Assembly: GCA_041306075.1 (NCBI GenBank)
Contig: JBFYKH010000079.1
Coordinates: 1-59,355, forward strand
Reading direction: 5' to 3'
From: Candidatus Altiarchaeota archaeon
GTDB lineage: Archaea > Altiarchaeota > Altiarchaeia > IMC4 > SCGC-AAA252-I15
Length of the DNA stretch: 59,355 nucleotides
In this document: positions 1 through 9,395 of the stretch, piece after piece
Numbering within the stretch: the stretch's first letter is position 1
Layout of the letters: each line of letters begins with the position of its first letter
Position numbers and translations under genes: made by a program
The notes under the pieces: model-generated
Databases searched by the model: none
Seen by the model: only the letters and a program-made list of their open reading frames with translations
What the model was told of the DNA's origin: nothing

Positions 1-43
1 GGACCGCGTTCGCCTCGAAGACCTTCCCTGACAGGGCAGCCAT
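1..43 (-). CDS. 5' fragment of a CDS running off the window (MAALSGKVFEANAV...)
   Basis: ATG at 43 just downstream of the stop of the 46-756 gene; frame open to window edge; too short to identify. Confidence 0.35.
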   Translation of the reverse strand, partial: MAALSGKVFEANAV

Positions 44-45
44 CC

Positions 46-756
46 TCAAGCCCCCTTGACGGCATCCACGAGGGAGGCCATCCTGTTGACGTAGCCCTGC
101 ATCGCCGTCACCGTCGACTGCATGGAGTCCACCGTGTCCTTCAGGTCGGTGGCCTTCAGGTTTACCAGTGTGGAGTTCGAGCGGACGGTCTTGATGTCGT
201 CCGCCAGCGAATCGACGTCGACGAGGCCGTCCTTCAGCGACGCCATCTCCTCGCCCATGGGCTCGAACGCGGTGTCCAGCTCGATGAGGCTTCCGCGGAT
301 TCTGGTCAGCCTGCTGTTGGCCGTCGTGAGGGCGGTGTTCGTTTCCGTGTACTTGTTCTGCCACTGGAGGCTCTCCTTGGAGTACTTGTCGGCCTGGGCG
401 GCGTACCTGTTACGCTCCGCCCGGGTGGCGTTCAGGTCGTTCGAAAGGTCGTTCGCCTGGTCCTTCAGGTCCGTGTACTGGCCGGATATGAACTGCACCT
501 GCTCCTTCGACACGTTCGTGTCCGTGGTCAGCTCCAGGAGCCTCCGCTCCTTCTCGGATAGCTGCTGCTCCTTCGCGGCAAGCTCCGTCTGCGTCCTGTT
601 CATGCCAGCGGACACGTTCTCCAGCCTCGCGAGGGCGTCGTCGTACTGTTTTTTCATGTTGTCGTAGGCTGAGTAGTTGACTAAGACTAGAGCTATCATG
701 GCGACGATGACCATCAGGAGGAGGCCGAGTAGGCCGAAGTTCACGTTGTGCTTCAT
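46..756 (-). CDS. Membrane-anchored long coiled-coil protein
   Basis: N-terminal hydrophobic helix (FGLLGLLLMVIVAMIALVLV) followed by ~200 aa of heptad-like polar/aliphatic sequence; several N-x-S/T sequons. Confidence 0.7.
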   Translation of the reverse strand: MKHNVNFGLLGLLLMVIVAMIALVLVNYSAYDNMKKQYDDALARLENVSAGMNRTQTELAAKEQQLSEKERRLLELTTDTNVSKEQVQFISGQYTDLKDQANDLSNDLNATRAERNRYAAQADKYSKESLQWQNKYTETNTALTTANSRLTRIRGSLIELDTAFEPMGEEMASLKDGLVDVDSLADDIKTVRSNSTLVNLKATDLKDTVDSMQSTVTAMQGYVNRMASLVDAVKGA

Positions 757-878
757 GGGAGTATCCGGGAATACGCCATATATTATAGGTTTGCGGGTTT
801 ATATGGGCTTCTCCCTGTGCGAGGATAATTTAAATTAACAGAAGGTTTATGTGTATTACTTTCCGAGCGTGCCATAAA

Positions 879-1049
879 ATGAAGGTGAATCGGGGCATAT
901 GCCTGTACTGCGGCGGATGCGTCGGCATATGCCCGGCCAACGCCCTCGAACTCAAGGAGACCGTCCTGGCTGTCGACGAGGCCAAATGCACCAGATGCGG
1001 CCTCTGCGTCAAATTCTGCCCCGTCGGGGCCATACGGGGGGATGATTGA
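879..1049 (+). CDS. 2x[4Fe-4S] ferredoxin
   Basis: CLYCGGCVGICP and CTRCGLCVKFCP motifs; start moved to ATG 879; overlaps GGR start. Confidence 0.92.
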   Translation: MKVNRGICLYCGGCVGICPANALELKETVLAVDEAKCTRCGLCVKFCPVGAIRGDD

Positions 1050-2254
1050 TGAGGGAGCTCAGGTTCGATGCCGTTGTCGTCGGCGCCGGCCCCGCAGGCA
1101 GCGTGGCCGCATGGGAGCTCGCGAAGAGGGGCGTCAAGGTCCTCGTCCTGGAGAAGAGGCAGGAGATAGGCGCCCCGAAACGCTGCGCGGAAGGCTTGAA
1201 CGCCATAGGGCTCGCCCAGATAGGCCTTAAGCCTGACAGGAGATGGGTCGCGCAGGAGGTCTCCGGGTGCGTGCTGTACGCGCCAAGCGGAAAGAAGCTC
1301 GTCATAGGGCAGGAGCTCGGCATGAAGGGGTACATACTCGAGCGCAAGGTGTTCGAGAAGTGCCTGGCAGCCGAGGCCATAAAGGCGGGGGCGAAGTACC
1401 TCGTGAAGACGACGGTGACCGCCGTCACCAAGGACGGGTTGGGGGCCGTCACGGGCGTTAAGGCGGACTCGATGGGCGAGGAGCTGACAGTCGAGGCGAA
1501 ACTGGTCATCGCCGCCGACGGCGTCGACTCCATGACCGCGAAGAGGGCCGGCATCGACACCGTCAACAGGCTCGGCGACTACCACAGCGGATTCCAGTAC
1601 GAGATGGCGGGCGTGAAGGCGGACGAGACGAAGCTCCACCTATTCTTCGGGAGGAAGGTGGCGCCGAAAGGCTACGCCTGGATTTTCCCGAAGGGCAACA
1701 CGATGGCGAACGTCGGCATCGGCATACTCGCCCAGGAGAGCGCGGAAGGCTCGAGGGCGAAGGATCTCCTGGACCGGTTCATCGCGGGCAACCCTGAGTT
1801 CTTCTCTGGGGCGAGCCCGATAGAGGCCAACGGCGGAGGAATACCGGTGAGCATCGCCTCCAAGTCCTTCGTCGCCGACGGCATAATGGTGGTCGGCGAC
1901 GCAGCCCAGCAGGTGAACCCGATACACGGCGGCGGCATATCGCTCGCCATGGGCGCGGCGAAGCTGGCGGCCTCCGTGGCCGCGGACGCGCTGGCCGCGG
2001 GCGACGCCTCGGCCGAAAGGCTGAGGGAGTACGAGACCCGCTGGCACGAGGGCGACGGGAGCAGGATGAGGAGGCTCTTCAAGCTCAGGTCTTTCGTCGA
2101 GAAGCTGGACGACGGGGAGCTTGAGAAGCTCGCGGGTATATTGGACGGAGAGGGCATACTGGAGCTCATGAGCAGCACCAACATGGGGCTTCTGAAGGCG
2201 CTGGCGAGGAAGGCGCCGACGCTCCTGCCTTTGGCGAAGAAGTTCCTCGAGTGA
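1046..2254 (+). CDS. Digeranylgeranylglycerophospholipid reductase (GGR family)
   Basis: GAGPAGS FAD motif, RCAEG, PKGYAWIFPKG, VGDAA..VNP.HGGGI motifs. Confidence 0.92.
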   Translation: MMRELRFDAVVVGAGPAGSVAAWELAKRGVKVLVLEKRQEIGAPKRCAEGLNAIGLAQIGLKPDRRWVAQEVSGCVLYAPSGKKLVIGQELGMKGYILERKVFEKCLAAEAIKAGAKYLVKTTVTAVTKDGLGAVTGVKADSMGEELTVEAKLVIAADGVDSMTAKRAGIDTVNRLGDYHSGFQYEMAGVKADETKLHLFFGRKVAPKGYAWIFPKGNTMANVGIGILAQESAEGSRAKDLLDRFIAGNPEFFSGASPIEANGGGIPVSIASKSFVADGIMVVGDAAQQVNPIHGGGISLAMGAAKLAASVAADALAAGDASAERLREYETRWHEGDGSRMRRLFKLRSFVEKLDDGELEKLAGILDGEGILELMSSTNMGLLKALARKAPTLLPLAKKFLE

Positions 2255-2305
2255 CGATTTCGGATTTAAACCACGGTTCAATGTGGTTAAAGCAACGGTG
2301 AAAGA

Positions 2306-2617
2306 GTGATAATCGTAAGGGGCGCATACGCGATACTTTACCTCCTGAACCTAGCCTGGAACATGCTGAAATCCGCCTGGGACACCGGCCTCCTGGCTCT
2401 CAAGGGCGGAATCGACCCGCAGGTGATGGAGGTCAAGACCGTGCTGAAGAAGCCGCTCTCCCAGGCCATACTCGCGAACTCCATAACGCTCACGCCGGGG
2501 ACCGTGACGATAGACGTCGACAGCGGACGGCAGGTCCTGACCGTCGCCGCGCTCACCCCGAGGGGCAGGGACGACGTCATACCGTTCGAGAAATACATCA
2601 GAGGCATGACAGAATGA
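2306..2617 (+). CDS. ehbA: Energy-converting hydrogenase B subunit A (MnhE-like)
   Basis: LANSITLTPGTVTID motif; first gene of an overlapping antiporter/hydrogenase operon. Confidence 0.8.
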   Translation: MIIVRGAYAILYLLNLAWNMLKSAWDTGLLALKGGIDPQVMEVKTVLKKPLSQAILANSITLTPGTVTIDVDSGRQVLTVAALTPRGRDDVIPFEKYIRGMTE

Positions 2618-2868
2618 TGTCCGCCGACCTCCTCCTCATCGCGCTCGCGGCGGGCGTGGCGACGGGCTCCGTGCTCGTCGCCAGGGGCGGGCGGGAGAAC
2701 TCGCTGATAGGCCTGAACGTGGCGAGCGTATGCGTCGTCACAGCGCTCGTCGTCCTGGACAAGTACGCGGGGATAGCCTTCAGCCGCGACATAGGGTTCT
2801 ACCTCGTTCTCCCCGGCGCGTTCGGCGTCATCGTCTTCTGCATGCTCATGAAGGGGGTGCCTGACTGA
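2614..2868 (+). CDS. ehbB: Ehb membrane subunit B (MnhF-like)
   Basis: Small 3-TM protein; ATGA overlap with previous gene; operon position. Confidence 0.7.
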   Translation: MMSADLLLIALAAGVATGSVLVARGGRENSLIGLNVASVCVVTALVVLDKYAGIAFSRDIGFYLVLPGAFGVIVFCMLMKGVPD

Positions 2869-3131
2869 TGGACTACGCGGACGCCGCCAACGTCGCGGCC
2901 TCGATGGCGATACTCGCCGGATGCCTGGGGCTCCTCAGGTTCGGGGAGAGAAAGAACATCGTGTACGCGAGGCTCCACCTGGCTGGCATCGTCGACGTCG
3001 CCTGCATATTCCTCACCATAATCCTCGGTTACCCGCTCATCGGCCTCACGTACCTCATGCTCACGCCGCTCGCCGCGCACGCGGTCGCGAACGCCCACCA
3101 CAAGGCGTCAGGGGGGGGTGCGGGGCCGTGA
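2868..3131 (+). CDS. ehbC: Ehb membrane subunit C (MnhG-like)
   Basis: YARLH.AG..D and P..AHAVANA motifs of MnhG. Confidence 0.78.
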   Translation: MDYADAANVAASMAILAGCLGLLRFGERKNIVYARLHLAGIVDVACIFLTIILGYPLIGLTYLMLTPLAAHAVANAHHKASGGGAGP

Positions 3132-3364
3132 TAGAGTACGTGCTCATGCTCTCTGCGGTCCTGGTGGCCGCGGCGTCGCTGTACCCGAAGGACCTGATGA
3201 AGGCGGTCATAATCTGCACGGGCATAGAGGGCCTCGCGCTCGCCGCCTTATACCAGGAGCTACTCGCCTCCGACGCCGCCCTGACGCAGGCGGTCGTCGC
3301 CGCCACCGTCCTGCCCGGCATATTCGCCATAGCGGTCTACAAGACGGGGAGGTGGGAGGAGTGA
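3128..3364 (+). CDS. ehbD: Ehb membrane subunit D (DUF4040-like)
   Basis: GTG start overlapping previous stop; A.DAALTQAVV motif (APDVAxTQA family). Confidence 0.75.
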   Translation: MIEYVLMLSAVLVAAASLYPKDLMKAVIICTGIEGLALAALYQELLASDAALTQAVVAATVLPGIFAIAVYKTGRWEE

Positions 3365-3720
3365 TGCAGACGGCATCCTTCCTGACCGCGGGGGCGCTAT
3401 TCCTCGTCGGCCTCTACGCGGTCTCGTTCAAGGACAACCTCATAAAGAAGGTGATGGGGCTGACGTTCATAGGCGACGCCGTGAACCTGTTCCTCATCGC
3501 CATGGACTACAGGGTCGGAGGGATAGTCCCGATAATGCTCCCCGGGATGGAGCCGCACGAGTTCGCGGCGAAGGCCGCGTACCCGCTCACCATCGCTCTC
3601 GTCCTCACCAACATCGTCATAGCGGTGGCGACGATATCCCTGATACTCGGGCTCGCCATCAGGATACACGGGAGCAAGGGCACCCTGAGCTCAAGGAGGA
3701 TATGGAAGAATGAACAGTGA
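3364..3720 (+). CDS. ehbE: Ehb membrane subunit E (MnhC/NuoK-like)
   Basis: NLIKKVMGL...VNLFLI...ALVLTNIVI motif; start reset to ATG 3364. Confidence 0.8.
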   Translation: MQTASFLTAGALFLVGLYAVSFKDNLIKKVMGLTFIGDAVNLFLIAMDYRVGGIVPIMLPGMEPHEFAAKAAYPLTIALVLTNIVIAVATISLILGLAIRIHGSKGTLSSRRIWKNEQ

Positions 3721-5167
3721 CTACATACCCTTCATGGTGGTCCTCCCGATGGCGGCTGCCGTCCTCTTGAACCTGCTCCACGGCCGCAGGGCGGCCTTGG
3801 CCGTCGCGGTCGCCGGCCTCGGGTTCGCGTTCATACTCCTGCCGTTCCTTGTCGCGTACGGCACCCACTACTTCGGCGGCTGGACGAGGGACGGTGCCAC
3901 GGGCCTCGCGGTCGGGATAATATACATGTTCGGGTCCTACCAGCGGCTCCTCATCGTGTTCCTCGCCCTCGTCGCGTACTTCGCGGCCATCGCCCACCTG
4001 AACTTCGAGGGCAGGATATCGGGTGTCTACCTGGGCTTCCTCATGCTCGGCCTCGGGACCTGCACGGCCGTGCTCCTCACCGACGACCTCTTCAACCTCT
4101 ACGTCTTCCTTGAGATAACGCTCATATCTCAGACCGCCCTCGTCGTGTCCACCGGGACCGAGAGGGCGTGGAAGGCGGCGGTCAAGTACCTCATCATCGC
4201 AAACGTCGCAGGCAACTGCCTCCTTTTGGGAATCGCCCTCCTCCTGTCGCTCGTCGGCAGCCTGAACATCGCGGACATGCAGTCGTACGTCGTCGCCAAC
4301 GGGGCGCCCCTCCTCAAGAGCCCCGTCTTCCTCCTAGCCTGCGCGCTCATAACCATCGCCTGGAGCTACGCGTCCGGCCTCTTCCCGTTCCACAACATCA
4401 AGGCGGAGATGTACTCGCAGGCGAGGCCGCACGCGGCGGGCCTCATGCAGGCGCAGACTAAGTTCATGCTCGTCGCGGTCGGCCTTGTGATTCTCAGGCT
4501 CTTCGGCGGAGTCCCCCACCTGAGGGAGCTGGTCCTGTACGTGGCGATGGGGGCGATGGTGTTCGGCGTCATCATGGCCCTGAGGCAGGACAACTACCAG
4601 CACATGCTCGGATACCATGCGATAAGCCAGGCCGGCTACGTGGCCGCCGGCCTCAGCATCGGCACGCCAGCGGCCGTCGCGGCCGGGATATTCCACGCCC
4701 TCAACAACGCCCTGTACAAGACGGCGCTCTTCATAGGCAGCGAGTGCGTGCAGCGGCGCGGGAAGACCGGGGAGTTCAGGCTCCTCGGGGGGCTGATGCC
4801 GGTAATGCCCGTTATCGCCATCCTCATCCTCGTAGCGAAGCTCGCCATATCCGGGGTCCCCCCGTTCAACGGCTTCCAGAGCAAGCTCATGCTCATGGTC
4901 TCGGCGTTCGACGCCGGGCTCCCTGAGGTCACGGTGATAATGCTCCTCGTGAGCGTGCTCACCTTCATCTCCATGATGAAGGCGTACCACATGGTCTTCT
5001 TAAGGCCCCCCGAGACGCCCGTGGAGCCGGGCGAGGAGGCGCCGAACTCCTACACCATAACGCTCATCGTGCTCGTCGGCCTGTGCGTCCTCCTCGGATT
5101 CTATCCAGAGGTCGCGCTCGGCTACATACAGGAGGTCGCGTGGAGGACCGGCCTGGGGTGGAATTGA
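3710..5167 (+). CDS. ehbF: Ehb ion-translocating subunit F (MnhD/NuoN-like)
   Basis: DLFNLYVFLE, AISQAGY, FHALNNALYKTALF, SGVPPFNGFQSK motifs; ~14 TM. Confidence 0.88.
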   Translation: MNSDYIPFMVVLPMAAAVLLNLLHGRRAALAVAVAGLGFAFILLPFLVAYGTHYFGGWTRDGATGLAVGIIYMFGSYQRLLIVFLALVAYFAAIAHLNFEGRISGVYLGFLMLGLGTCTAVLLTDDLFNLYVFLEITLISQTALVVSTGTERAWKAAVKYLIIANVAGNCLLLGIALLLSLVGSLNIADMQSYVVANGAPLLKSPVFLLACALITIAWSYASGLFPFHNIKAEMYSQARPHAAGLMQAQTKFMLVAVGLVILRLFGGVPHLRELVLYVAMGAMVFGVIMALRQDNYQHMLGYHAISQAGYVAAGLSIGTPAAVAAGIFHALNNALYKTALFIGSECVQRRGKTGEFRLLGGLMPVMPVIAILILVAKLAISGVPPFNGFQSKLMLMVSAFDAGLPEVTVIMLLVSVLTFISMMKAYHMVFLRPPETPVEPGEEAPNSYTITLIVLVGLCVLLGFYPEVALGYIQEVAWRTGLGWN

Positions 5168-5169
5168 CG

Positions 5170-5478
5170 ATGTACGAGAAGCTTGTCGACTCCGTGAAGG
5201 GGAGGGAGCGCGCGGACGGCGTGCACGCCGCATCCTGGGTGGCGATAGAGTTCCAGGCCGCGGCAGCGTTGCTCCTCGCCGTCTTCCTCGCTGCTAGGCT
5301 CGTGTCAATATACCTGGCTCCGGTAGCCCTTGCCATTGCGGTCGCGGCGCTCAGGGGCAGGCAGCTTACCGGCGCCGTCCTGAGGGAGAACGACGACAGC
5401 CTTGACACGCTCCTCTACTGGTTCGTCATGTTCTTCGCCTTCGTCACAGCCGCCATGGGGGTGCAGGCATGGATATGA
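5170..5478 (+). CDS. ehbG: Ehb membrane subunit G
   Basis: Small hydrophobic protein in the expected operon slot; ATG 5170. Confidence 0.6.
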   Translation: MYEKLVDSVKGRERADGVHAASWVAIEFQAAAALLLAVFLAARLVSIYLAPVALAIAVAALRGRQLTGAVLRENDDSLDTLLYWFVMFFAFVTAAMGVQAWI

Positions 5479-6200
5479 GGAGGAAGACGGCGCTCGCCGC
5501 ATTCGCCGTAGCGGCCGCCGGAATCTTCGCCGCGCTCGCCTCCGTGAGCGTGTACCCGGGAGTCAACGACTACTACAACGGCAACGGATACAGGATAGCG
5601 CCCAACATGGTCACGCTCATAGTCTTCGACTACAGGGGCTACGACACCCTCGGCGAATGCGTCATACTCGTCGCAGGCGTCCTCGCGCTCTCCGCCCTCT
5701 TCGGGCGCGGCCTCCTCACAGGCGACGTCCACGACACCGAGGAGCCGGCCCCTGAGGGAACGCTCATCCTGAGGATGTTCGCGCCCCCCATCATGGCATT
5801 GACCGCGGCCCTCGGAGTCTACGTCGCCCTCGGCGGCCACATAACCCCGGGGGGCGGATTCCAGGGCGGCTCCATAGTAGGCGCCGGAGTCCTCCTGAGC
5901 CTGGTCGTCCTCGGCGCCAGGTCCGTGAAGGTGAGCCACGCGAGCCTCGTGAAGCTGGAGGCGGCGGGCCTAATGGCGTACATAGGCTTGGGCCTAGCCG
6001 GCCTCGTCTTCTCTGGTTACTTCCTCTACAACGTCGGCTCCAACGTCCAGGGAGTGGTCCCCGCCGCCGTCGCCTCCATGTTCGCGTACCCGGACGGCCT
6101 CAACGCCGGGATAATCCCGTACCTGAACGTCTCGGTGCTCATCAAGGTGTCCGCAGGCCTCACCACGGCCATGCTGGTGCTCCTGGGGGCGAAGAGATGA
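5469..6200 (+). CDS. Ehb membrane subunit, MbhE-like plus MnhB-like halves in one ORF (EhbH/EhbI)
   Basis: N-half NMVTLIVFDYRGYDTLGE; C-half HITPGGGFQGG. Confidence 0.8.
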   Translation: MDMRRKTALAAFAVAAAGIFAALASVSVYPGVNDYYNGNGYRIAPNMVTLIVFDYRGYDTLGECVILVAGVLALSALFGRGLLTGDVHDTEEPAPEGTLILRMFAPPIMALTAALGVYVALGGHITPGGGFQGGSIVGAGVLLSLVVLGARSVKVSHASLVKLEAAGLMAYIGLGLAGLVFSGYFLYNVGSNVQGVVPAAVASMFAYPDGLNAGIIPYLNVSVLIKVSAGLTTAMLVLLGAKR

Positions 6201-6406
6201 ACCCGGTGATACTGCTCGTCGCCTTCGGCCTCGGCGCCCTCTACGGCAGGATGATTGGGATGCCGAGCCTCCCGTCCACGATAGTCGCCGGAGCCGCCAT
6301 CGCCGTTTTACTCGGCAACTACCCGTACTACAGCCTCCCGTTCGTTTCGGTCACTTATGCGGCCGCCCTCGCGGGGGCCCTGACTTTCGGAGGCAGGATG
6401 CAATGA
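6197..6406 (+). CDS. Small Ehb membrane subunit (EhbJ-like)
   Basis: 69 aa hydrophobic, LGNYPYY motif, overlapping neighbours. Confidence 0.55.
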   Translation: MNPVILLVAFGLGALYGRMIGMPSLPSTIVAGAAIAVLLGNYPYYSLPFVSVTYAAALAGALTFGGRMQ

Positions 6407-6840
6407 AAGCCCTAGCGCAGTGCCTGAAGCACATACTATACGGGGCCGGGAACGTCACGAGGATACTCTTCGGCGAAGGCAGGCTGACGGACAGGGCAGT
6501 CAAGGAGAGGCTGATGGACGGCACTTACGAGTACCCGGACACCATAGACGTCGACCTATGCCTGGGCTGCGGCGTCTGCGCGAGGATATGCCCCATGAAG
6601 TGCATAACCATGAAGCCGCTCCCCGAGAGGGTGAGGCTCAGGGAAGGCCAGTACAAGGACAAGTACCCGGAAATCAACCACGGCCAGTGCATGTTCTGCT
6701 TCCAGTGCCACGACAACTGCCCGACGCTGGTCGCATACGGCAGGCAGGCGGCGATACACCCGAGGGGGAACAGGAGGAGCGGCATCAAGGCCGAGGACCT
6801 GTTCAGGCAGGCGAAGACGGGAGGTGCGGGCGGTGCTTAG
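6403..6840 (+). CDS. ehbL: Ehb 2x[4Fe-4S] subunit L (NuoI-like)
   Basis: CLGCGVCARICP and CMFCFQCHDNCP. Confidence 0.82.
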   Translation: MKALAQCLKHILYGAGNVTRILFGEGRLTDRAVKERLMDGTYEYPDTIDVDLCLGCGVCARICPMKCITMKPLPERVRLREGQYKDKYPEINHGQCMFCFQCHDNCPTLVAYGRQAAIHPRGNRRSGIKAEDLFRQAKTGGAGGA

Positions 6841-7285
6841 GAAGGCTGCGAGGAAAAGGTCGGTGCACGTAATGATGGTCTACACCGGGGGCTGCAACGG
6901 CTGCGAGATAGAGATAGCCAACGCCCTATTCTCCCCGTACTATGACCTCGAGCAGTACAACGTGATGATGACGTTCAACCCGAGGGAGGCGGACATACTC
7001 CTCGTCAGCGGCCCGATAACGAAGAGGAACGAGCCGCAGCTGAGGGGGATATACGCGAAGATGCCGCACCCGAAGGCGGTCGTCGCCGTCGGCGCCTGCT
7101 CGATAGTCGGCGGAGTCTACATCAACGTCTTTGGGGAGCTCGGCCCAAGCGACCAGATAAGGGGGCCGCTCGGGAACATACTCGAGGTGGACGCGGCGGC
7201 GAGGGGCTGCGCGCCCACGCCGGAGGAGGTCATAAGGGCGGTGCTGTCGGTGATACCGAAGGTTGTGGAGGGAGACGATGGCTAG
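6833..7285 (+). CDS. ehbM: Ehb [NiFe]-hydrogenase small subunit
   Basis: GGCNGCEIE, VAVGAC, GCAPTPE motifs; GTG 6833 follows GGAGGT SD. Confidence 0.88.
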   Translation: MLRKAARKRSVHVMMVYTGGCNGCEIEIANALFSPYYDLEQYNVMMTFNPREADILLVSGPITKRNEPQLRGIYAKMPHPKAVVAVGACSIVGGVYINVFGELGPSDQIRGPLGNILEVDAAARGCAPTPEEVIRAVLSVIPKVVEGDDG

Positions 7286-8429
7286 CGGCAAGCTCACTGA
7301 AGTCGACGTGGGGACGGTCCACCCGGTCCTCATAGAGCCATTCAGAATCAGGTTCTGGGTGGAGGACGAGACCGTCAGGGACTGCGAGATAACGTACAAC
7401 GCCGCCCACAGGGGCATAGAGCGGCTCCTCGAGGGCATCGCCATAAAGAAGGCGCACATGATAGTGGAGAAGGTCTGCGGCCTCTGCAGCCACTACCACC
7501 TCTGGAACAGCATCAGGGTCACTGAGAAGGCGATGGACCTGGAGGTCCCGGAGAGGGCGCAGTACGTGAGGGTCCTCATCGCCGAGCTTGAGCGCATCCA
7601 CAGCCACCTCTTCTTCATCGCCCACGGCTGCGAGACCATAGGGCAGGAGACGTACACGTACCGGGCCTTCGCGCTCAGGGAGCCGGTGATGAGGATGCTC
7701 TACGAGCTCACCGGCAACAGGGTCCACTACGCGGTCCCCGTGCTCGGGGGGGTGAGGCCGAGGGCGGACCCGACGAAGGAGACCATGGACAGGATTAATC
7801 CGATGCTGAACACGCTCGAGCGCGACCTCAAGGGCTTCGTGGAGCGGGTGACGACGGACCCGCTCGTGATGAGCAGGCTCGAAGGCACGGGCATACTGGA
7901 CAGGGGGGTCGCGGAGGAGCTGCACGCCGTCGGGCCGACCGCGAGGGGCTCGGGCATCAACAACGACGTCCGCGAGCAGATGCACGAGTACGAGGACTTC
8001 AACTACAAGACCATAGTCCTGTCGGGCTGCGACAACAAGGACAGGATACTCGTCCGCGGCCTCGAGCTCTTCGAGAGCATGAACATAATACGGCAGGCGC
8101 TCGACGAGATGCCGGCTGGCCCCGCCTACTTCACCCCGAAGATGAAGCTGGACACAGAGTTCGCGACCACCTACATCGAGGCGCCGAGGGGTGAACTCTT
8201 CCACAGCCTGAGGGTGGACGCGCAGGGGAAGGCCCGCAACTACAGGATTAGGACTCCGACGCCGCCTAATCTCGCCTGCATGGAGAAGGCCGCGGTCGGA
8301 GACCAGCTGACCGACGCGATGCTCACCATAATCAGCTGCGACCCCTGCCTTTCATGCTCAAGCCGCGCCACCGTCGTGGAGGACGGCAGGGAGAGGCTCG
8401 TCGAATTCAAGGAGGTCGGGAAATGCTGA
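7278..8429 (+). CDS. ehbN: Ehb [NiFe]-hydrogenase large subunit (group 4)
   Basis: L1 EKVCGLCSHYH and L2 DPCLSCSSR Ni-binding motifs; EAPRGE; RIRTPT. Confidence 0.9.
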   Translation: MASGKLTEVDVGTVHPVLIEPFRIRFWVEDETVRDCEITYNAAHRGIERLLEGIAIKKAHMIVEKVCGLCSHYHLWNSIRVTEKAMDLEVPERAQYVRVLIAELERIHSHLFFIAHGCETIGQETYTYRAFALREPVMRMLYELTGNRVHYAVPVLGGVRPRADPTKETMDRINPMLNTLERDLKGFVERVTTDPLVMSRLEGTGILDRGVAEELHAVGPTARGSGINNDVREQMHEYEDFNYKTIVLSGCDNKDRILVRGLELFESMNIIRQALDEMPAGPAYFTPKMKLDTEFATTYIEAPRGELFHSLRVDAQGKARNYRIRTPTPPNLACMEKAAVGDQLTDAMLTIISCDPCLSCSSRATVVEDGRERLVEFKEVGKC

Positions 8430-9391
8430 CCGAGGCCGCCGTCGCGCTCTCCATAGCAGCCGCCGCCTCCGCCTTAATCCTCGGTTTGGAGCGTAAAATC
8501 CAGGCGCGCATCCAGCGGAGGCGCGGGCCGTCGCTCCTCATGCCCGGCGTCTGGACGATACTGAAGAGCGCCTACAAGCGGCCGCTGAGGCCGGACTCGC
8601 CGAGCCCCGGGCTCTACGGGATGTTCCTCCTCGCAGGGATATTTTCGCTCGCCGCCATCCTCGTCGTCACCCTGCCGGGGTGGCACGGGATCCTCGGCTT
8701 CGCCTCCCTACTCGGCCTCGCTGGGCTCCTGAAGGTCGAGGAGGCCACCTACCTGTTCATGGGCTCCTTCAGCCGCAGCATAATGAGCACCGGCATGCCG
8801 TTCCCGGACACAATAAGGGGTTCCGAGGAGGCCGGCATCAGGAGCTACTTCGAGGACGTCGCCGCCGTCCGCGCCCTCAAGATGATAACCTTCGGCTCCT
8901 TCCCGTTCTACATCGCCCTCACGATACCGTTCATGAAGGCGGGGAGCATGGAGGTGGGCTCCGTCCTATCGACGCATCCGCCGGCACTGGCCGCCGTCTC
9001 CGGCATGATAGGAGCGGCAGTCTACTTCCTCGGCTACAACATGCTCGCCAACAACCGCCCCTTCGACATAGTGAAGCCGAAGGTCGACATCATGGAGGGG
9101 CCGCTGATGGAGTACATCGCCGGCTGGAGGGCGCTCGCCCACGCGATGAGGGGCCTTTCCCTGTTTGTCCTGTCCAGCGTCTTCGTGACCCTCTACCTCG
9201 CCGTGCCCTTCGACGTCGCGAAGCCGGGGACGGCCGCGCTCCACCTCGCGCTCGCCGTCGCGATGCCCGCCTTCGCCGCGGTCCTGAAGGCTTACAGCCC
9301 GGTGCTCACGTTCAAGCAGATATATCCTGTGTCGCATGCGCTGACCGTGCTCGGGACGGTGGCGGTCGCGCTCGCGTACCTGGGGGTGTAA
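8423..9391 (+). CDS. ehbO: Ehb membrane subunit O (NuoH-like)
   Basis: GLERKIQARIQRRRGP; RPFD; EGPLMEY motifs. Confidence 0.86.
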   Translation: MLTEAAVALSIAAAASALILGLERKIQARIQRRRGPSLLMPGVWTILKSAYKRPLRPDSPSPGLYGMFLLAGIFSLAAILVVTLPGWHGILGFASLLGLAGLLKVEEATYLFMGSFSRSIMSTGMPFPDTIRGSEEAGIRSYFEDVAAVRALKMITFGSFPFYIALTIPFMKAGSMEVGSVLSTHPPALAAVSGMIGAAVYFLGYNMLANNRPFDIVKPKVDIMEGPLMEYIAGWRALAHAMRGLSLFVLSSVFVTLYLAVPFDVAKPGTAALHLALAVAMPAFAAVLKAYSPVLTFKQIYPVSHALTVLGTVAVALAYLGV

Positions 9392-9395
9392 GGAC

